Shown here piece by piece: positions 50,413 through 59,219 of a stretch of DNA of 64,000 nt. Source of the DNA: an uncultured virus (IMG/VR IMGVR_UViG_3300027896_000015) (taxonomy: Duplodnaviria > Heunggongvirae > Uroviricota > Caudoviricetes); IMG/VR virus record IMGVR_UViG_3300027896_000015, one strand, 5' to 3'. Under the pieces are notes generated by a model. That model did no database searches. It had not been told where the DNA came from and saw only the letters and a program-made list of their open reading frames with translations. How positions within the stretch are numbered: position 1 is the stretch's first letter; each line of letters begins with the position of its first letter. Position numbers and translations under genes: made by a program.

Positions 50413-50678
50413 ACAACTATCATCTGGTGAACAAATATGCAAAGCATCTTGTGTCTGAATTGTTCCCGGAATTCGGCGGCCAGAAGCGTCTTCCAATGGA
50501 GACCATAGTCGATGCGCTTGGCGATTTCGCCGAGGAGCTTCTTGCCGAACGCGAAAAAGAAGCAAATACGCGGCCTGCCGCCGAGACCGAATGTTCCGCG
50601 TCCGGCGACTGCATGGACGAGCCGCGGCGAAGATGGCATAGGTTCTTCGGACAGGAAGCCGAAAGGCAGGAAGAGTGA
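50409..50678 (+). CDS. Hypothetical protein
   Basis: AGGAG RBS; ATGA overlap. Confidence 0.5.
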   Translation: MNNYHLVNKYAKHLVSELFPEFGGQKRLPMETIVDALGDFAEELLAEREKEANTRPAAETECSASGDCMDEPRRRWHRFFGQEAERQEE

Positions 50679-51811
50679 TCGGAAAGCACCAGATCGTCAG
50701 GGACGATGTCGTCGCCGTCTGCAAGAATCTGCAGGAACGCAGCTTCGACGCTTGCCTTTGCGATCCTCCGTATCATCTGACTCCCAAAAATCAGGACGCT
50801 TCCGGCTTCATGGGCAAGAAATGGGACGGCGGCGGAGTCGCTTTTGATCCCGAAACCTGGGCGGCCGTCAGGAGATGCCTGAAGCCCGGGGCCAGCTTGA
50901 TGGCCTTTGGAGGCAGAAGGACGTTCCACCGCATGGCGTGCGCGATCGAGGACGCGGGATTCCTGATATCCGACGTCATTATGTGGGTCTACGCGCAGGG
51001 CCGGCCGTTTAGCAAGGATATCAGCAAGGCCATAGACGGGAAGCTTGGCGCCGAACGGGAGGTGGTCGGAAAATACCAGCCTCCTGGCATGTCGGGAGAA
51101 TGGAACCTGTCTAAGGCGAAGGACGAGCGTTCCGTGAACATCTTCGCCAGCAGCCGCAACAACTTGGACATTACCGCCGCCGCCACTACCGAAGCCAAGA
51201 CGTGGGACGGCTACGGGACGGCGCTCAAGCCGTCGTACGAACCGATCATATGGGCCGTCAATCCTGTCGAAGGAACGTACGCCGAGAACGCCATGAAGTG
51301 GGGAGTTGCCGGAATCAACGTCAGCGGATGCAGGACGCCGCTGTCGGAGGAAGAGGCTGCTGCCGCAGGATCGAACAAGAAATCAGGAAGGTGGCCTGCT
51401 GATGTCATTTTGGACGATGTCGCATCCAGGATGATGAATATGCAGCAGGACGGGGCATCAAGGTTCTTTTTTTGCTCCAAGGTTTCGACCGCTGAACGCA
51501 ACGCTGGCGTTGATGCGATTGCCGGCAATCTTCATCCTACGCTGAAGCCGCTGAAGCTGGCGGCGTTTCTGGCGTCGCTGATGATCCCGCCGAAACGGGA
51601 CGGATGCGTCCGCCGCATGCTGGTGCCGTTCAGCGGGGCCGGATCGGAGATGGCCGGAGCCCTTTTGGCCGGATGGGATGACGTGGTCGGGATCGAGAAC
51701 GGCGGAGGCGACGAAGCTGTCGCCAATGAATATGCGGAGATATCCGAGAAGAGGATTGCCTATTGGAGTTCAGGAAAGGCTGAACTGCTTGACGAACAAG
51801 AGGAGAAATAG
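50675..51811 (+). CDS. DNA N4/N6 methyltransferase
   Basis: 'CDPPY', 'HPTLKP', 'PFSGAGS'. Confidence 0.88.
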   Translation: MIGKHQIVRDDVVAVCKNLQERSFDACLCDPPYHLTPKNQDASGFMGKKWDGGGVAFDPETWAAVRRCLKPGASLMAFGGRRTFHRMACAIEDAGFLISDVIMWVYAQGRPFSKDISKAIDGKLGAEREVVGKYQPPGMSGEWNLSKAKDERSVNIFASSRNNLDITAAATTEAKTWDGYGTALKPSYEPIIWAVNPVEGTYAENAMKWGVAGINVSGCRTPLSEEEAAAAGSNKKSGRWPADVILDDVASRMMNMQQDGASRFFFCSKVSTAERNAGVDAIAGNLHPTLKPLKLAAFLASLMIPPKRDGCVRRMLVPFSGAGSEMAGALLAGWDDVVGIENGGGDEAVANEYAEISEKRIAYWSSGKAELLDEQEEK

Positions 51812-52039
51812 TACCATGCGCGTATTAAGGACGGTATACATGGGTGGGGAAGGTTCGGTCGTTGTTCCGAGAATAGGCAAGGCTGGCCTCCGCAACAAGC
51901 GGAACCAGAAATGCCCGAAGTCGCTGAAGGCACAGCAGTCGCAGCGCAGGCCGAGGAAGCCGCGGCGGTCGGAGAGCGACGACGGTCAGGATCAGTTCGG
52001 TGGCGAGTACGGGCCGCAATAGAGAAAAAGGACAACACC

Positions 52040-52408
52040 ATGAAAAAGTTAGCTATTGCATTGCTGTTCGCATCGCTGCTGTTCGCGTCCGGGTGCGCGA
52101 CGTCCCCGAGATGCTGGGAGTTCTCGCTGGTGGATTTGGATCTCAGGTCGGAAGAACAGATCAAGGCGGACGCCGAGAAGCACCGTGCTGAGGTCGCCCC
52201 TGCCGCCCAGCCTGAAGCCGCGCAGCCGAAGGCGTTCGTGCCGCCGGAATGGCTGCAGCCCGTTCTTGACGTTCTCGGAATCATCAAGGGCCGGCTGAGA
52301 GTGCTGTCGTTCGGTTGGACGACGCATCAGTGCCCGACGGCGTGCCAGCAGACTGCCGCGCCCGTTGCGCCGACGCCTGTTCCGGCTCCGCCGTCCGCGC
52401 ACAAATAG
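52040..52408 (+). CDS. Lipoprotein
   Basis: 'MKKLAIALLFASLLFASGC' lipobox; Pro/Ala-rich tail. Confidence 0.75.
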   Translation: MKKLAIALLFASLLFASGCATSPRCWEFSLVDLDLRSEEQIKADAEKHRAEVAPAAQPEAAQPKAFVPPEWLQPVLDVLGIIKGRLRVLSFGWTTHQCPTACQQTAAPVAPTPVPAPPSAHK

Positions 52409-52420
52409 AGAGGATCGGAC

Positions 52421-52651
52421 ATGGCTGCATGGGACGAAATCAAGGCGCACGACTGCGGGAACAGGATGATTGTCGCCCTCAACGGCGAGGAGTTTCAGTG
52501 CAAGGGCTGCGGTCAAAAGTGGGTTGTAAGCCCGTCAGGAGGAACTGCTTGGTGGCAAAAAGTATCGTCCTCCGACATCCTGCTTCGCGACCCTTTTAAG
52601 GACCACCTTGAACCGAAAACGGACTGCGACCGGGAGGAGCTTTGGGAGTGA
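52421..52651 (+). CDS. Small Zn-ribbon protein (paralog 1)
   Basis: 'HDCG..CKGCG..W..FKD'. Confidence 0.6.
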   Translation: MAAWDEIKAHDCGNRMIVALNGEEFQCKGCGQKWVVSPSGGTAWWQKVSSSDILLRDPFKDHLEPKTDCDREELWE

Positions 52652-52923
52652 AGGCGTCCAGGATGGCATGGCGCGACATGGCCGAGCACGACTGCGGCAC
52701 CAGGACGATCGTGTTCATCCCGTGCACTCTAACAGGCTTGCCGTTCAACGTCGGCAGCTACTACAAATGCCTTGGCTGTGGAAGCATGTGGCTGGCCCCG
52801 CAAACCAAAACCATCACAGAGTTGTTCAATCGCGAGAGGAAGGCGTCCATTCAGCGTCGGGATGTTTTTAAGGATCCCATAGGCGCGAGAATCGGCCCAA
52901 GGGATCCGTTCGCTTTGCCATGA
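52642..52923 (+). CDS. Small Zn-ribbon protein (paralog 2)
   Basis: 'HDCG..CLGCG..W..FKD'; start uncertain. Confidence 0.6.
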   Translation: MGVKASRMAWRDMAEHDCGTRTIVFIPCTLTGLPFNVGSYYKCLGCGSMWLAPQTKTITELFNRERKASIQRRDVFKDPIGARIGPRDPFALP

Positions 52924-53591
52924 AGCTCGGCTCAAGAACCAACGCCTATCTTTTGAGGCACGAGGGCGCCGTGGGCCAGTACGGCATCGCCGCCGCCTAC
53001 TGCGCCGGAATCAGGCCGCAAGCTTTCGTCGATATCGGCGCCAACGTCGGATTGGTCAGCATCGGAGTCCGGCTCATTTTCGGCGGGGATATCGTCATAC
53101 ATGCCGTGGAGCCAGACGAGACATCTTTCAAATATCTTTCAGAGAACTGCGAGCAGATGAACATCAGGACGTACCGGTTAGCTTTGGGATCTTCTCCTCG
53201 CGCCAAGCTGGTCAGCGCCAACCGCAGGCTTGTGTCGCGCCAGTATGCCGCATCGGACGACGGCACAGGCGTGGATGCGTTCACATTGAGCGCGATCGCG
53301 GAAAAGATCAGGATTAGGCCCTCGGAAACGGCGTGGAAGATCGACTGCGAGGGGGGCGAGTTCAGCCTGTTCGACGATCCGGATGGGCGCAAGATTTTGT
53401 CGCTGTCCCCGTTCGTCTGCGGCGAATTCCATTCATGCCAACTGGTGTCGCGCAGAAACAGAAGCCGCCAAGCGGCCAGAGACAGATGCCTGAAGCTGAT
53501 CCGAGAGATGTTTCCTGATGCGTCCCATGACCTGACGGCAAGGCAGTCCTGGCGTTTTGTGTCCTTTAACGCGACCCGCAGGAAGGCCTAG
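52920..53591 (+). CDS. FkbM-family methyltransferase
   Basis: 'VDIGANVG', 'AVEP', 'KIDCEGGE', 'GEFH'. Confidence 0.88.
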   Translation: MKLGSRTNAYLLRHEGAVGQYGIAAAYCAGIRPQAFVDIGANVGLVSIGVRLIFGGDIVIHAVEPDETSFKYLSENCEQMNIRTYRLALGSSPRAKLVSANRRLVSRQYAASDDGTGVDAFTLSAIAEKIRIRPSETAWKIDCEGGEFSLFDDPDGRKILSLSPFVCGEFHSCQLVSRRNRSRQAARDRCLKLIREMFPDASHDLTARQSWRFVSFNATRRKA

Positions 53592-53821
53592 AGCTTCTTG
53601 GCCAGGTCGAAGAGGTTGCGGATGATCCAGATGTTCTGCCTGGAGAGGGCCTTCAGGACGGTGATGATCATCTTCTTTCCCCAGGCGTTCCCGTTCCAGA
53701 TCATGAACAGGTCGGGATAGAAGCTTTGAAGCTGCTTCCTGATCAGCACCTCGGGGGAGATGTCGACGTCCTTGACGCGGACGACCTTTCTCTGTTTTCC
53801 GGCTATCTTGACTATCCGCAT
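53588..53821 (-). CDS. Small protein beginning MRIVKIAG
   Basis: AAGG-N19-GAA promoter upstream. Confidence 0.55.
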   Translation of the reverse strand: MRIVKIAGKQRKVVRVKDVDISPEVLIRKQLQSFYPDLFMIWNGNAWGKKMIITVLKALSRQNIWIIRNLFDLAKKL

Positions 53822-54067
53822 GCCTGGTATTTCTTCGGGAAAGAAAGTATTTCCTTTTCGCCGCAAACAGCATAGAATACCTGTCATGGAAAAGATATCG
53901 GGATTGTTAGATTTTGGTAGCAACCACGCCTATTGCGGAGACTATCTGGATTTTTTGAGTAATTCTTTCTCGTCGCATTCCCCCGGCTTTAGCCGTGGGG
54001 TTAGGGGGCATGAAAAATATTCTCGATAAAGAAGGTATTAGACCGCCGATTGTGGTATAATATAGGC

Positions 54068-54463
54068 ATGAAAGGATACAAGCATAACAAAAACGTCACC
54101 TATTCGTCGAAGTACCATGTCGTGTGGTGCTGCAAGTATCGCAGGAAAGTCCTCACTCCCGAGGTACAGTCCAGGCTGAAGAACATTGCGCTGGATGTCT
54201 GCCAGGAAAGGGGCGCCGAAGCGATATCCTTGGAGATCACGCCTGACTGCGTCCATCTTCTGGTCGAAATCGATCCTCAATACGGGATTCACAAGCTGAT
54301 CAAACAGATCAAAGGACGCTCCTCCAGACTGCTCAGGCAGGAATTCAAGCATCTGACCACCCGGCTGCCGTCCTTGTGGACTAATTCATACTTCGTTTCA
54401 GCCGTCGGATGTGTTGCAACATCGGCTATTAGGAAATACGTCGAGGAACAGAAACACATATGA
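54068..54463 (+). CDS. tnpA: Y1 transposase TnpA
   Basis: 'YHVVWCCKYRRKVL', 'IKGRSS', 'LWTNSYF', 'KYVEEQ'; HUH motif reads CVH. Confidence 0.92.
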   Translation: MKGYKHNKNVTYSSKYHVVWCCKYRRKVLTPEVQSRLKNIALDVCQERGAEAISLEITPDCVHLLVEIDPQYGIHKLIKQIKGRSSRLLRQEFKHLTTRLPSLWTNSYFVSAVGCVATSAIRKYVEEQKHI

Positions 54464-55518
54464 TCATCCGAACTCTAAAACTCAGGCTGACGTCCAAGCA
54501 GGAACGGGAGCTGGAGCAGTGGCTGTTCCATCTGACTGGAGTATGGAACTGGGCGGTCAAGAAAATCGGACACGACGCCAAGGACAAAATTTACCATTCT
54601 CCGAATGATTTTCAGAACTTGCTGGCGGAACACGGACAGAAGATGGACATGCCGTCCCATGTGCTGCAGGGAATGCTGGTTCAAGCCTACAACTCGTGGC
54701 AGAGATGCTTCAGTAAGCTGGCTAGGAAGCCCCATTTAAAAGGCATTCGCAACAAGCTTCGTTCTATCCCCTTTCCCGATCCGATCAGGCCTCCGAAGGA
54801 TGGCAGAATCGGCGTTCCTGGAATCGGAAAGGTTCGGTTCCACAAGCAGGAGCTTCCGGAAGCCAATATAAAATGCGGACGGATCGTCCACAAAACTTCT
54901 GGATGGTATTTACACCTTTGGTTGGACACAGAACATAAGTTTCCCGTCAAGCAGACGAACAAGGCCGTCGGCATCGATCCAGGCTTCAAGACTCTTCTTA
55001 CCTTGTCCGACGGCGTCAAGATCGAGAATCCCAGGGAACTTCAGAAAGGAGCCAGAAGGCTCGCGCAGGCGCAGAGAGGCGGCAAGAAGCTGGCCGCAAG
55101 GATTCACGAAAGGCAGGCGAACAGGCGAAACGACCGCAACCACAAGATCAGCCGAAAACTGGTTGAGGACTACGCCACGATCTGCTACTCGAACGACAAT
55201 TTCAAGGGAATGGCAAGGCTCCACGGAAAGTCGGTTTCCGAGGCCGCCTTGGGAAACCTGATCGGAATGCTGGCCTACAAGTGCCGTACAGGCGGTAGGA
55301 ATCTCGTTCCTGTCAGATCAGCTTACACCACCATGACCTGCTCGGCTTGCGGGTCCTTGACTGGACCTACAGGGCTTAGCGGGCTTGCGGTAAGGCGCTG
55401 GAGATGTTCCGCCTGTGGGGCGGACCATGACAGGGATATCAACTCTGCCCTGGTAGTCCTCAGCACCGGGCTCGGAACGAGCCGCGAGGGAACCAAGACC
55501 GCCCACGTGACGGCCTAG
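54460..55518 (+). CDS. tnpB: TnpB-family RNA-guided protein
   Basis: 'VGIDPG', Zn finger CSAC..CSAC, 'DRDINSA'. Confidence 0.9.
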   Translation: MIIRTLKLRLTSKQERELEQWLFHLTGVWNWAVKKIGHDAKDKIYHSPNDFQNLLAEHGQKMDMPSHVLQGMLVQAYNSWQRCFSKLARKPHLKGIRNKLRSIPFPDPIRPPKDGRIGVPGIGKVRFHKQELPEANIKCGRIVHKTSGWYLHLWLDTEHKFPVKQTNKAVGIDPGFKTLLTLSDGVKIENPRELQKGARRLAQAQRGGKKLAARIHERQANRRNDRNHKISRKLVEDYATICYSNDNFKGMARLHGKSVSEAALGNLIGMLAYKCRTGGRNLVPVRSAYTTMTCSACGSLTGPTGLSGLAVRRWRCSACGADHDRDINSALVVLSTGLGTSREGTKTAHVTA

Positions 55519-55653
55519 TTCGTCCGGAATCCCCGGCTTTAGCCGTGGGGAGGTTCAATACTGCGAGATGACCAGGAAGAGGATCGCAATGTGCCTGGAC
55601 GGGTCTTTGAGGACCAGGCCGATCGGCAGGCCGACGCTCCAGCCTCCGCGGCC

Positions 55654-56028
55654 CTAGAGCGTCCCGGACTGCAGCGAGAACAGCGTCTCGTCCAGGAACG
55701 ACGAGTTCATCATCCTGTCCTGAATCGAGCCTCCGTCGTTCGTGCTCGCCAGCCATGCCGTGATGACGGCCATGGCGACCTTCTTGGCGGCCGGCTCCGG
55801 CAGCATGCCGCGGGAGTTGGCCGCGATCATCTGCGCCAGCCTTTCCAGGACGCCGTCCAGTTCTGACGACGCCATTGTGATCATGGACGGGATGACGTCG
55901 TTCTTGATGAATTCCGTGCGCGCGGTGATGTCCTGGGCGGCAGCCAGTTCGCTGGCTTGCCCGATCCCTACGGACATCCCGCCTGCGTAGCCCTCGTATT
56001 CGACGGCTGTTTTAATCCATGTGCGCAC
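55654..56028 (-). CDS. Hypothetical protein beginning (M)RTWIKTA
   Basis: GTG start just after an AAGG-N19-GAA promoter. Confidence 0.5.
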   Translation of the reverse strand: MRTWIKTAVEYEGYAGGMSVGIGQASELAAAQDITARTEFIKNDVIPSMITMASSELDGVLERLAQMIAANSRGMLPEPAAKKVAMAVITAWLASTNDGGSIQDRMMNSSFLDETLFSLQSGTL

Positions 56029-56083
56029 GAACCATATTTCGTGGTATAATGGTCGCGAACCTTGAAGAACTAAGGAGCGCACC

Positions 56084-56908
56084 ATGGCAGAAGAACTGAT
56101 CAGCGAACCGTTCGCGGCTAAGCCCGCCGTTCAGCCGAAGCGAAACGACGTCCTGTCCCAGAAGATGGACGAGTTCCAGAAGCAGCAGGAGTCCGCCGCG
56201 GAGCTCTCGAAGCTTTCTCCCGAGCAGATCGAGGAGATGGTGTCCCGCGTGGACGTCCAGAAGGCCGCCGACGAGATACTGACGTGGCTGGTGGCAAACG
56301 TCGAGCAGTACGTCGAGAACAAGGAGACGTCCTACCTCCTGTTCATATCCGTTCCTCCCGAGATGAAGGACGCCATGCCGAACGCGTTCCTGATTCAGGA
56401 CGCCTTCATGCGCGTTCCTGAAGAGACCGGCCATCCGCTTCCGGAGTCACAGGACGCGCTTACCCAGTTCCTGTCGGACGAAGTTCCGCAGGAGGTCATA
56501 GACCGCCTGTACGACATGCTGTCCAAGAAGGTGGACGAGATTAAGGCCGCCATCATGGGGCACAAGGAGGGGCTGCAGGCCCTGTTCAAGCGTCTTGTGT
56601 TCTTCTACGAGATGACGGGGTTCTCCCCGGCGACGGGTCCCGTCATACAGGAGATGGCCGGGGAGGTCAAGGTCAACGACTTCTATTTCGACCCCATAGC
56701 CATGTCGGTCCAGGTCGCCCAGGGAGTGGGGAGAGCCGACGAGGCCGTCGTCGTTGAGGAGGACGACGAGAAGACGGTCAGCGAGTCGAAGATCGTCGAG
56801 ACGGGGGAAAAGAGGGTCGTCAGGGAGACGTTCGTCCCCGCAGGATTCGGGATCGACATGGAGATATCGTTCTGGCAGGGAAGCAGCCCCAGCGTGTCGA
56901 TGTACTAG
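56084..56908 (+). CDS. Acidic hypothetical protein
   Basis: TGGTATAAT promoter; AAGGAG RBS. Confidence 0.7.
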   Translation: MAEELISEPFAAKPAVQPKRNDVLSQKMDEFQKQQESAAELSKLSPEQIEEMVSRVDVQKAADEILTWLVANVEQYVENKETSYLLFISVPPEMKDAMPNAFLIQDAFMRVPEETGHPLPESQDALTQFLSDEVPQEVIDRLYDMLSKKVDEIKAAIMGHKEGLQALFKRLVFFYEMTGFSPATGPVIQEMAGEVKVNDFYFDPIAMSVQVAQGVGRADEAVVVEEDDEKTVSESKIVETGEKRVVRETFVPAGFGIDMEISFWQGSSPSVSMY

Positions 56909-57153
56909 GCGCCGACGATCTCCTTCAGCCTTTTGATCTCGCCTTCCCAGAGGTCGAGCTTCGACTTGAAGCATCCTTGGCACTGTCCGGACGACTTCGC
57001 CTCGTCCAGCTTCTTCTGAAGGTCGGCGATCTTGATCCTGGCGTCGTCGATGCGCCGCTGGCGGCGCGCGGATCCTCTTTCCAGGGCGCGTCGGCGGATG
57101 GCTTCGTTCTCCAGTTCGCGCTCCTGTTCACTTGTTCTGGGATGCCTGCGCAT
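56905..57153 (-). CDS. Small coiled-coil protein with CxxC
   Basis: Run of three small minus-strand ORFs. Confidence 0.5.
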   Translation of the reverse strand: MRRHPRTSEQERELENEAIRRRALERGSARRQRRIDDARIKIADLQKKLDEAKSSGQCQGCFKSKLDLWEGEIKRLKEIVGA

Positions 57154-57376
57154 CTTGTTTCGCCTTCTCCCTCATTTCCCGCAGGCGTCGCCTTGCGGCC
57201 TTGCATCCGCTGCAGCCGTGTTTCGACTCCGGAGGAGGAACAGGCCTGCCTGCCAGAGACATTGTGTTCGATGCCAGATGGCGCCTGAGCCTTCTGATCA
57301 TCCTTCTGAAGCGGCGCCTCTGAAGCGACCGTTCTTTCTCGGCCTGCATTGCGAGGATTCTTTGGTGTCGCGTCAT
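57128..57376 (-). CDS. Small basic protein with CxxC
   Basis: Run of three small minus-strand ORFs. Confidence 0.45.
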   Translation of the reverse strand: MTRHQRILAMQAEKERSLQRRRFRRMIRRLRRHLASNTMSLAGRPVPPPESKHGCSGCKAARRRLREMREKAKQDAQASQNK

Positions 57377-57396
57377 GGCTGTCTTCGTGCCCTGGT

Positions 57397-57624
57397 TCAG
57401 CGTTCTTGTCCGACGATCTGGTTCGCCATCCTGCCCCAGGCGGCCGCCTGTCGGCGGACGGACCGATCGATTTGACGCCCAAGTTCTCCGCTGGAGATTT
57501 CCTTGGCCACTCTCTGAAAAACAGTGATCGTCTCTCCAGTGGGCTTCAAGTTTTCAGGATCTTTGAGCAGATCGGGTCGGCTGCGCAGTTCGTCGATGAA
57601 TGTCATGGTTTTCACGCCTTTCAC
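57397..57624 (-). CDS. Small hypothetical protein
   Basis: TTGACA-type promoter upstream on the minus strand. Confidence 0.5.
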   Translation of the reverse strand: MKGVKTMTFIDELRSRPDLLKDPENLKPTGETITVFQRVAKEISSGELGRQIDRSVRRQAAAWGRMANQIVGQER

Positions 57625-57670
57625 AATATCTTACTGCGGGATGGCTGTCAACTCCTGTTTGAAAATAACG

Positions 57671-57856
57671 TTGACTTTGAAGGAACGATATGGCATCATT
57701 CAAGAAAGAGATATGGAAATGAACGCTATCTTGACATCTGGCAACATGTGGCGCGACCGAATGCCCATCGGGCATGCGGATCGCTAGCGGTCTGCAAGGA
57801 TGGCGAGAAGCGAAGGCGTGCCCGGAAATCCGAATGGATTACGGGCTTTTGTTTTT
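57671..57856 (+). promoter_or_regulatory. Promoter + Met/Trp leader peptide + attenuator
   Basis: TTGACT-N17-CATCAT; leader 57713-57787 MEMNAILTSGNMWRDRMPIGHADR; terminator 57820-57856. Confidence 0.75.
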
Positions 57857-57897
57857 AATGTGGCTGGATGTTCGTCAGCCCATAACGGAGGATAGCA

Positions 57898-58062
57898 ATG
57901 AACAGGGATAGTTTCGCTAAGTTCAGTCAACCGATTGTTCGCTGCATAAGATGTCGTAAACGCAAGGTCAGTAAAGATGGGCTCGTATGGTGTAAAGCGT
58001 GCAGAGAGAAAATGAAGGCGGTGGCCGAACGAGTTAATCGTATGCAGTTGGATGTAGATTGA
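57898..58062 (+). CDS. 54-aa Zn-finger protein (not in the ORF track)
   Basis: GGAGG RBS; 'CIRC...WCKAC'. Confidence 0.6.
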   Translation: MNRDSFAKFSQPIVRCIRCRKRKVSKDGLVWCKACREKMKAVAERVNRMQLDVD

Positions 58063-58068
58063 TGAAAT

Positions 58069-58144
58069 AGGAGTGTGGTTTAACTGGCAAAATCCGTGCC
58101 TCCAAAGCACGTGGATGAGCGTTCGAATCGCTCCACTCCTGCCA
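58069..58144 (+). tRNA. tRNA-Trp(CCA)
   Basis: Loop CTCCAAA; CCA end. Confidence 0.9.
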
Positions 58145-58148
58145 ATTT

Positions 58149-58233
58149 CCCGGCGTGCGAGTAATGGTATCTCAGGAGCTTCATAAGCTCCCGCCGTAAG
58201 GCCTTGGATGTTCAAGTCATCTCGCCGGGACCA
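58149..58233 (+). tRNA. tRNA-Met(CAT) with long variable arm
   Basis: Loop TTCATAA; CCA end. Confidence 0.8.
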
Positions 58234-58312
58234 TTTTGTTGTATAATGTCGCTGTCCAGGAGAGGGCTCTTCGGCTAAACCGAAGAGGAGACATCTGGAC
58301 AAGGAGGGGTAA

Positions 58313-58639
58313 ATGCAGGATCAAAACAAGCCAGCACTGGATGCCGAGGGCATCCGCAACAGGGTGCGGGAGGGCGACTACTCTCCTGTAACCGCCATGA
58401 TCGAGCAGACTCGCAGGAACATCGAGGTCCTGTCGAACATCTGCCGCAGCATCATGCACGACATTGACGAGAACGTGACGGTTCCTCGGAAGGACGATTG
58501 CGAAAGCGTTTCGTCCTTCAAAAAGGAGATTCGCGATCATGTCGTTCAAACCGAAAAGAACGTGTCCCAGGCTCTGTCGGAAAACTTCAGGGTTCTGGGA
58601 AAACTGACGCAGTTCGTCGGCGAAGTGGTTTCGAAGTAG
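58313..58639 (+). CDS. Hypothetical protein
   Basis: AAGGAGG RBS; own promoter; GC hairpin downstream. Confidence 0.65.
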   Translation: MQDQNKPALDAEGIRNRVREGDYSPVTAMIEQTRRNIEVLSNICRSIMHDIDENVTVPRKDDCESVSSFKKEIRDHVVQTEKNVSQALSENFRVLGKLTQFVGEVVSK

Positions 58640-58685
58640 TTGTCCGCGGGCGGCGCGGGTCTGTTGCCGCGCCGCCACTTTTCTG

Positions 58686-58880
58686 TTGACTAATGCAGGA
58701 TTTTGTGGCATGATTCAGGTACAAGTAATGCAAGACAAGGATATCAGTCATGATTGCATCTGACAGGCGGAGAGATCGTGATGCCGAGCCCGACGGGGCT
58801 TCCGGCCGATCGTGATCCGCAGAGATGCGTTCGGCAGAAGGGAAGACCCAGCGGGCGAAAGCTTGCTGGGTTTTTTGTTT
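58686..58880 (+). promoter_or_regulatory. Promoter + Arg/Asp leader peptide + attenuator
   Basis: TTGACT-N17-CATGAT; leader 58750-58815 MIASDRRRDRDAEPDGASGRS; terminator 58845-58880. Confidence 0.85.
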
Positions 58881-58887
58881 TCAAGAT

Positions 58888-58962
58888 GCGCCTGTAGCTC
58901 AAAGGAAGAGTGCCTCGCTTCGAACGAGGAAGTTGGGAGTTTAAGTCTCTCCAGGCGCGCCA
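58888..58962 (+). tRNA. tRNA-Arg(TCG)
   Basis: Loop CTTCGAA. Confidence 0.88.
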
Positions 58963-58971
58963 AAATATATG

Positions 58972-59046
58972 GTCCCTGTGGCGTAACGGACAGCGCAAAT
59001 CTCTCCTAAAGATTAGGTCCTGGTTCAATTCCAGGCAGGGACACCA
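58972..59046 (+). tRNA. tRNA-Arg(CCT)
   Basis: Loop CTCCTAA. Confidence 0.9.
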
Positions 59047-59049
59047 AAT

Positions 59050-59126
59050 GCGTGCGTCGCCTAGCAGCAATGGCACTGGCTTGTCGAGCCAGCATACCGC
59101 AGGTGCGAGTCCTGTCGCACGCGCCA
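59050..59126 (+). tRNA. tRNA-Asp(GTC)
   Basis: Loop TTGTCGA. Confidence 0.85.
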
Positions 59127-59137
59127 ACTTGATTGCT

Positions 59138-59214
59138 GTCGCCGTGGCCTAACGGACGGGCGCCGCCCTGCGAAGGCGGATATCGTGCAGGTTCGACTCC
59201 TGTCGGCGACGCCA
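59138..59214 (+). tRNA. tRNA-Arg(GCG)
   Basis: Loop CTGCGAA. Confidence 0.85.
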
Positions 59215-59219
59215 GCTTT

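Larger units (their letters stand above)
53960..55558 (+). mobile_element. IS200/IS605-family element
   Basis: Subterminal hairpin CCCCGGCTTTAGCCGTGGGG at 53981-54000 and 55531-55550; right end TCAA; left boundary inferred after TTGAG. Confidence 0.85.
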
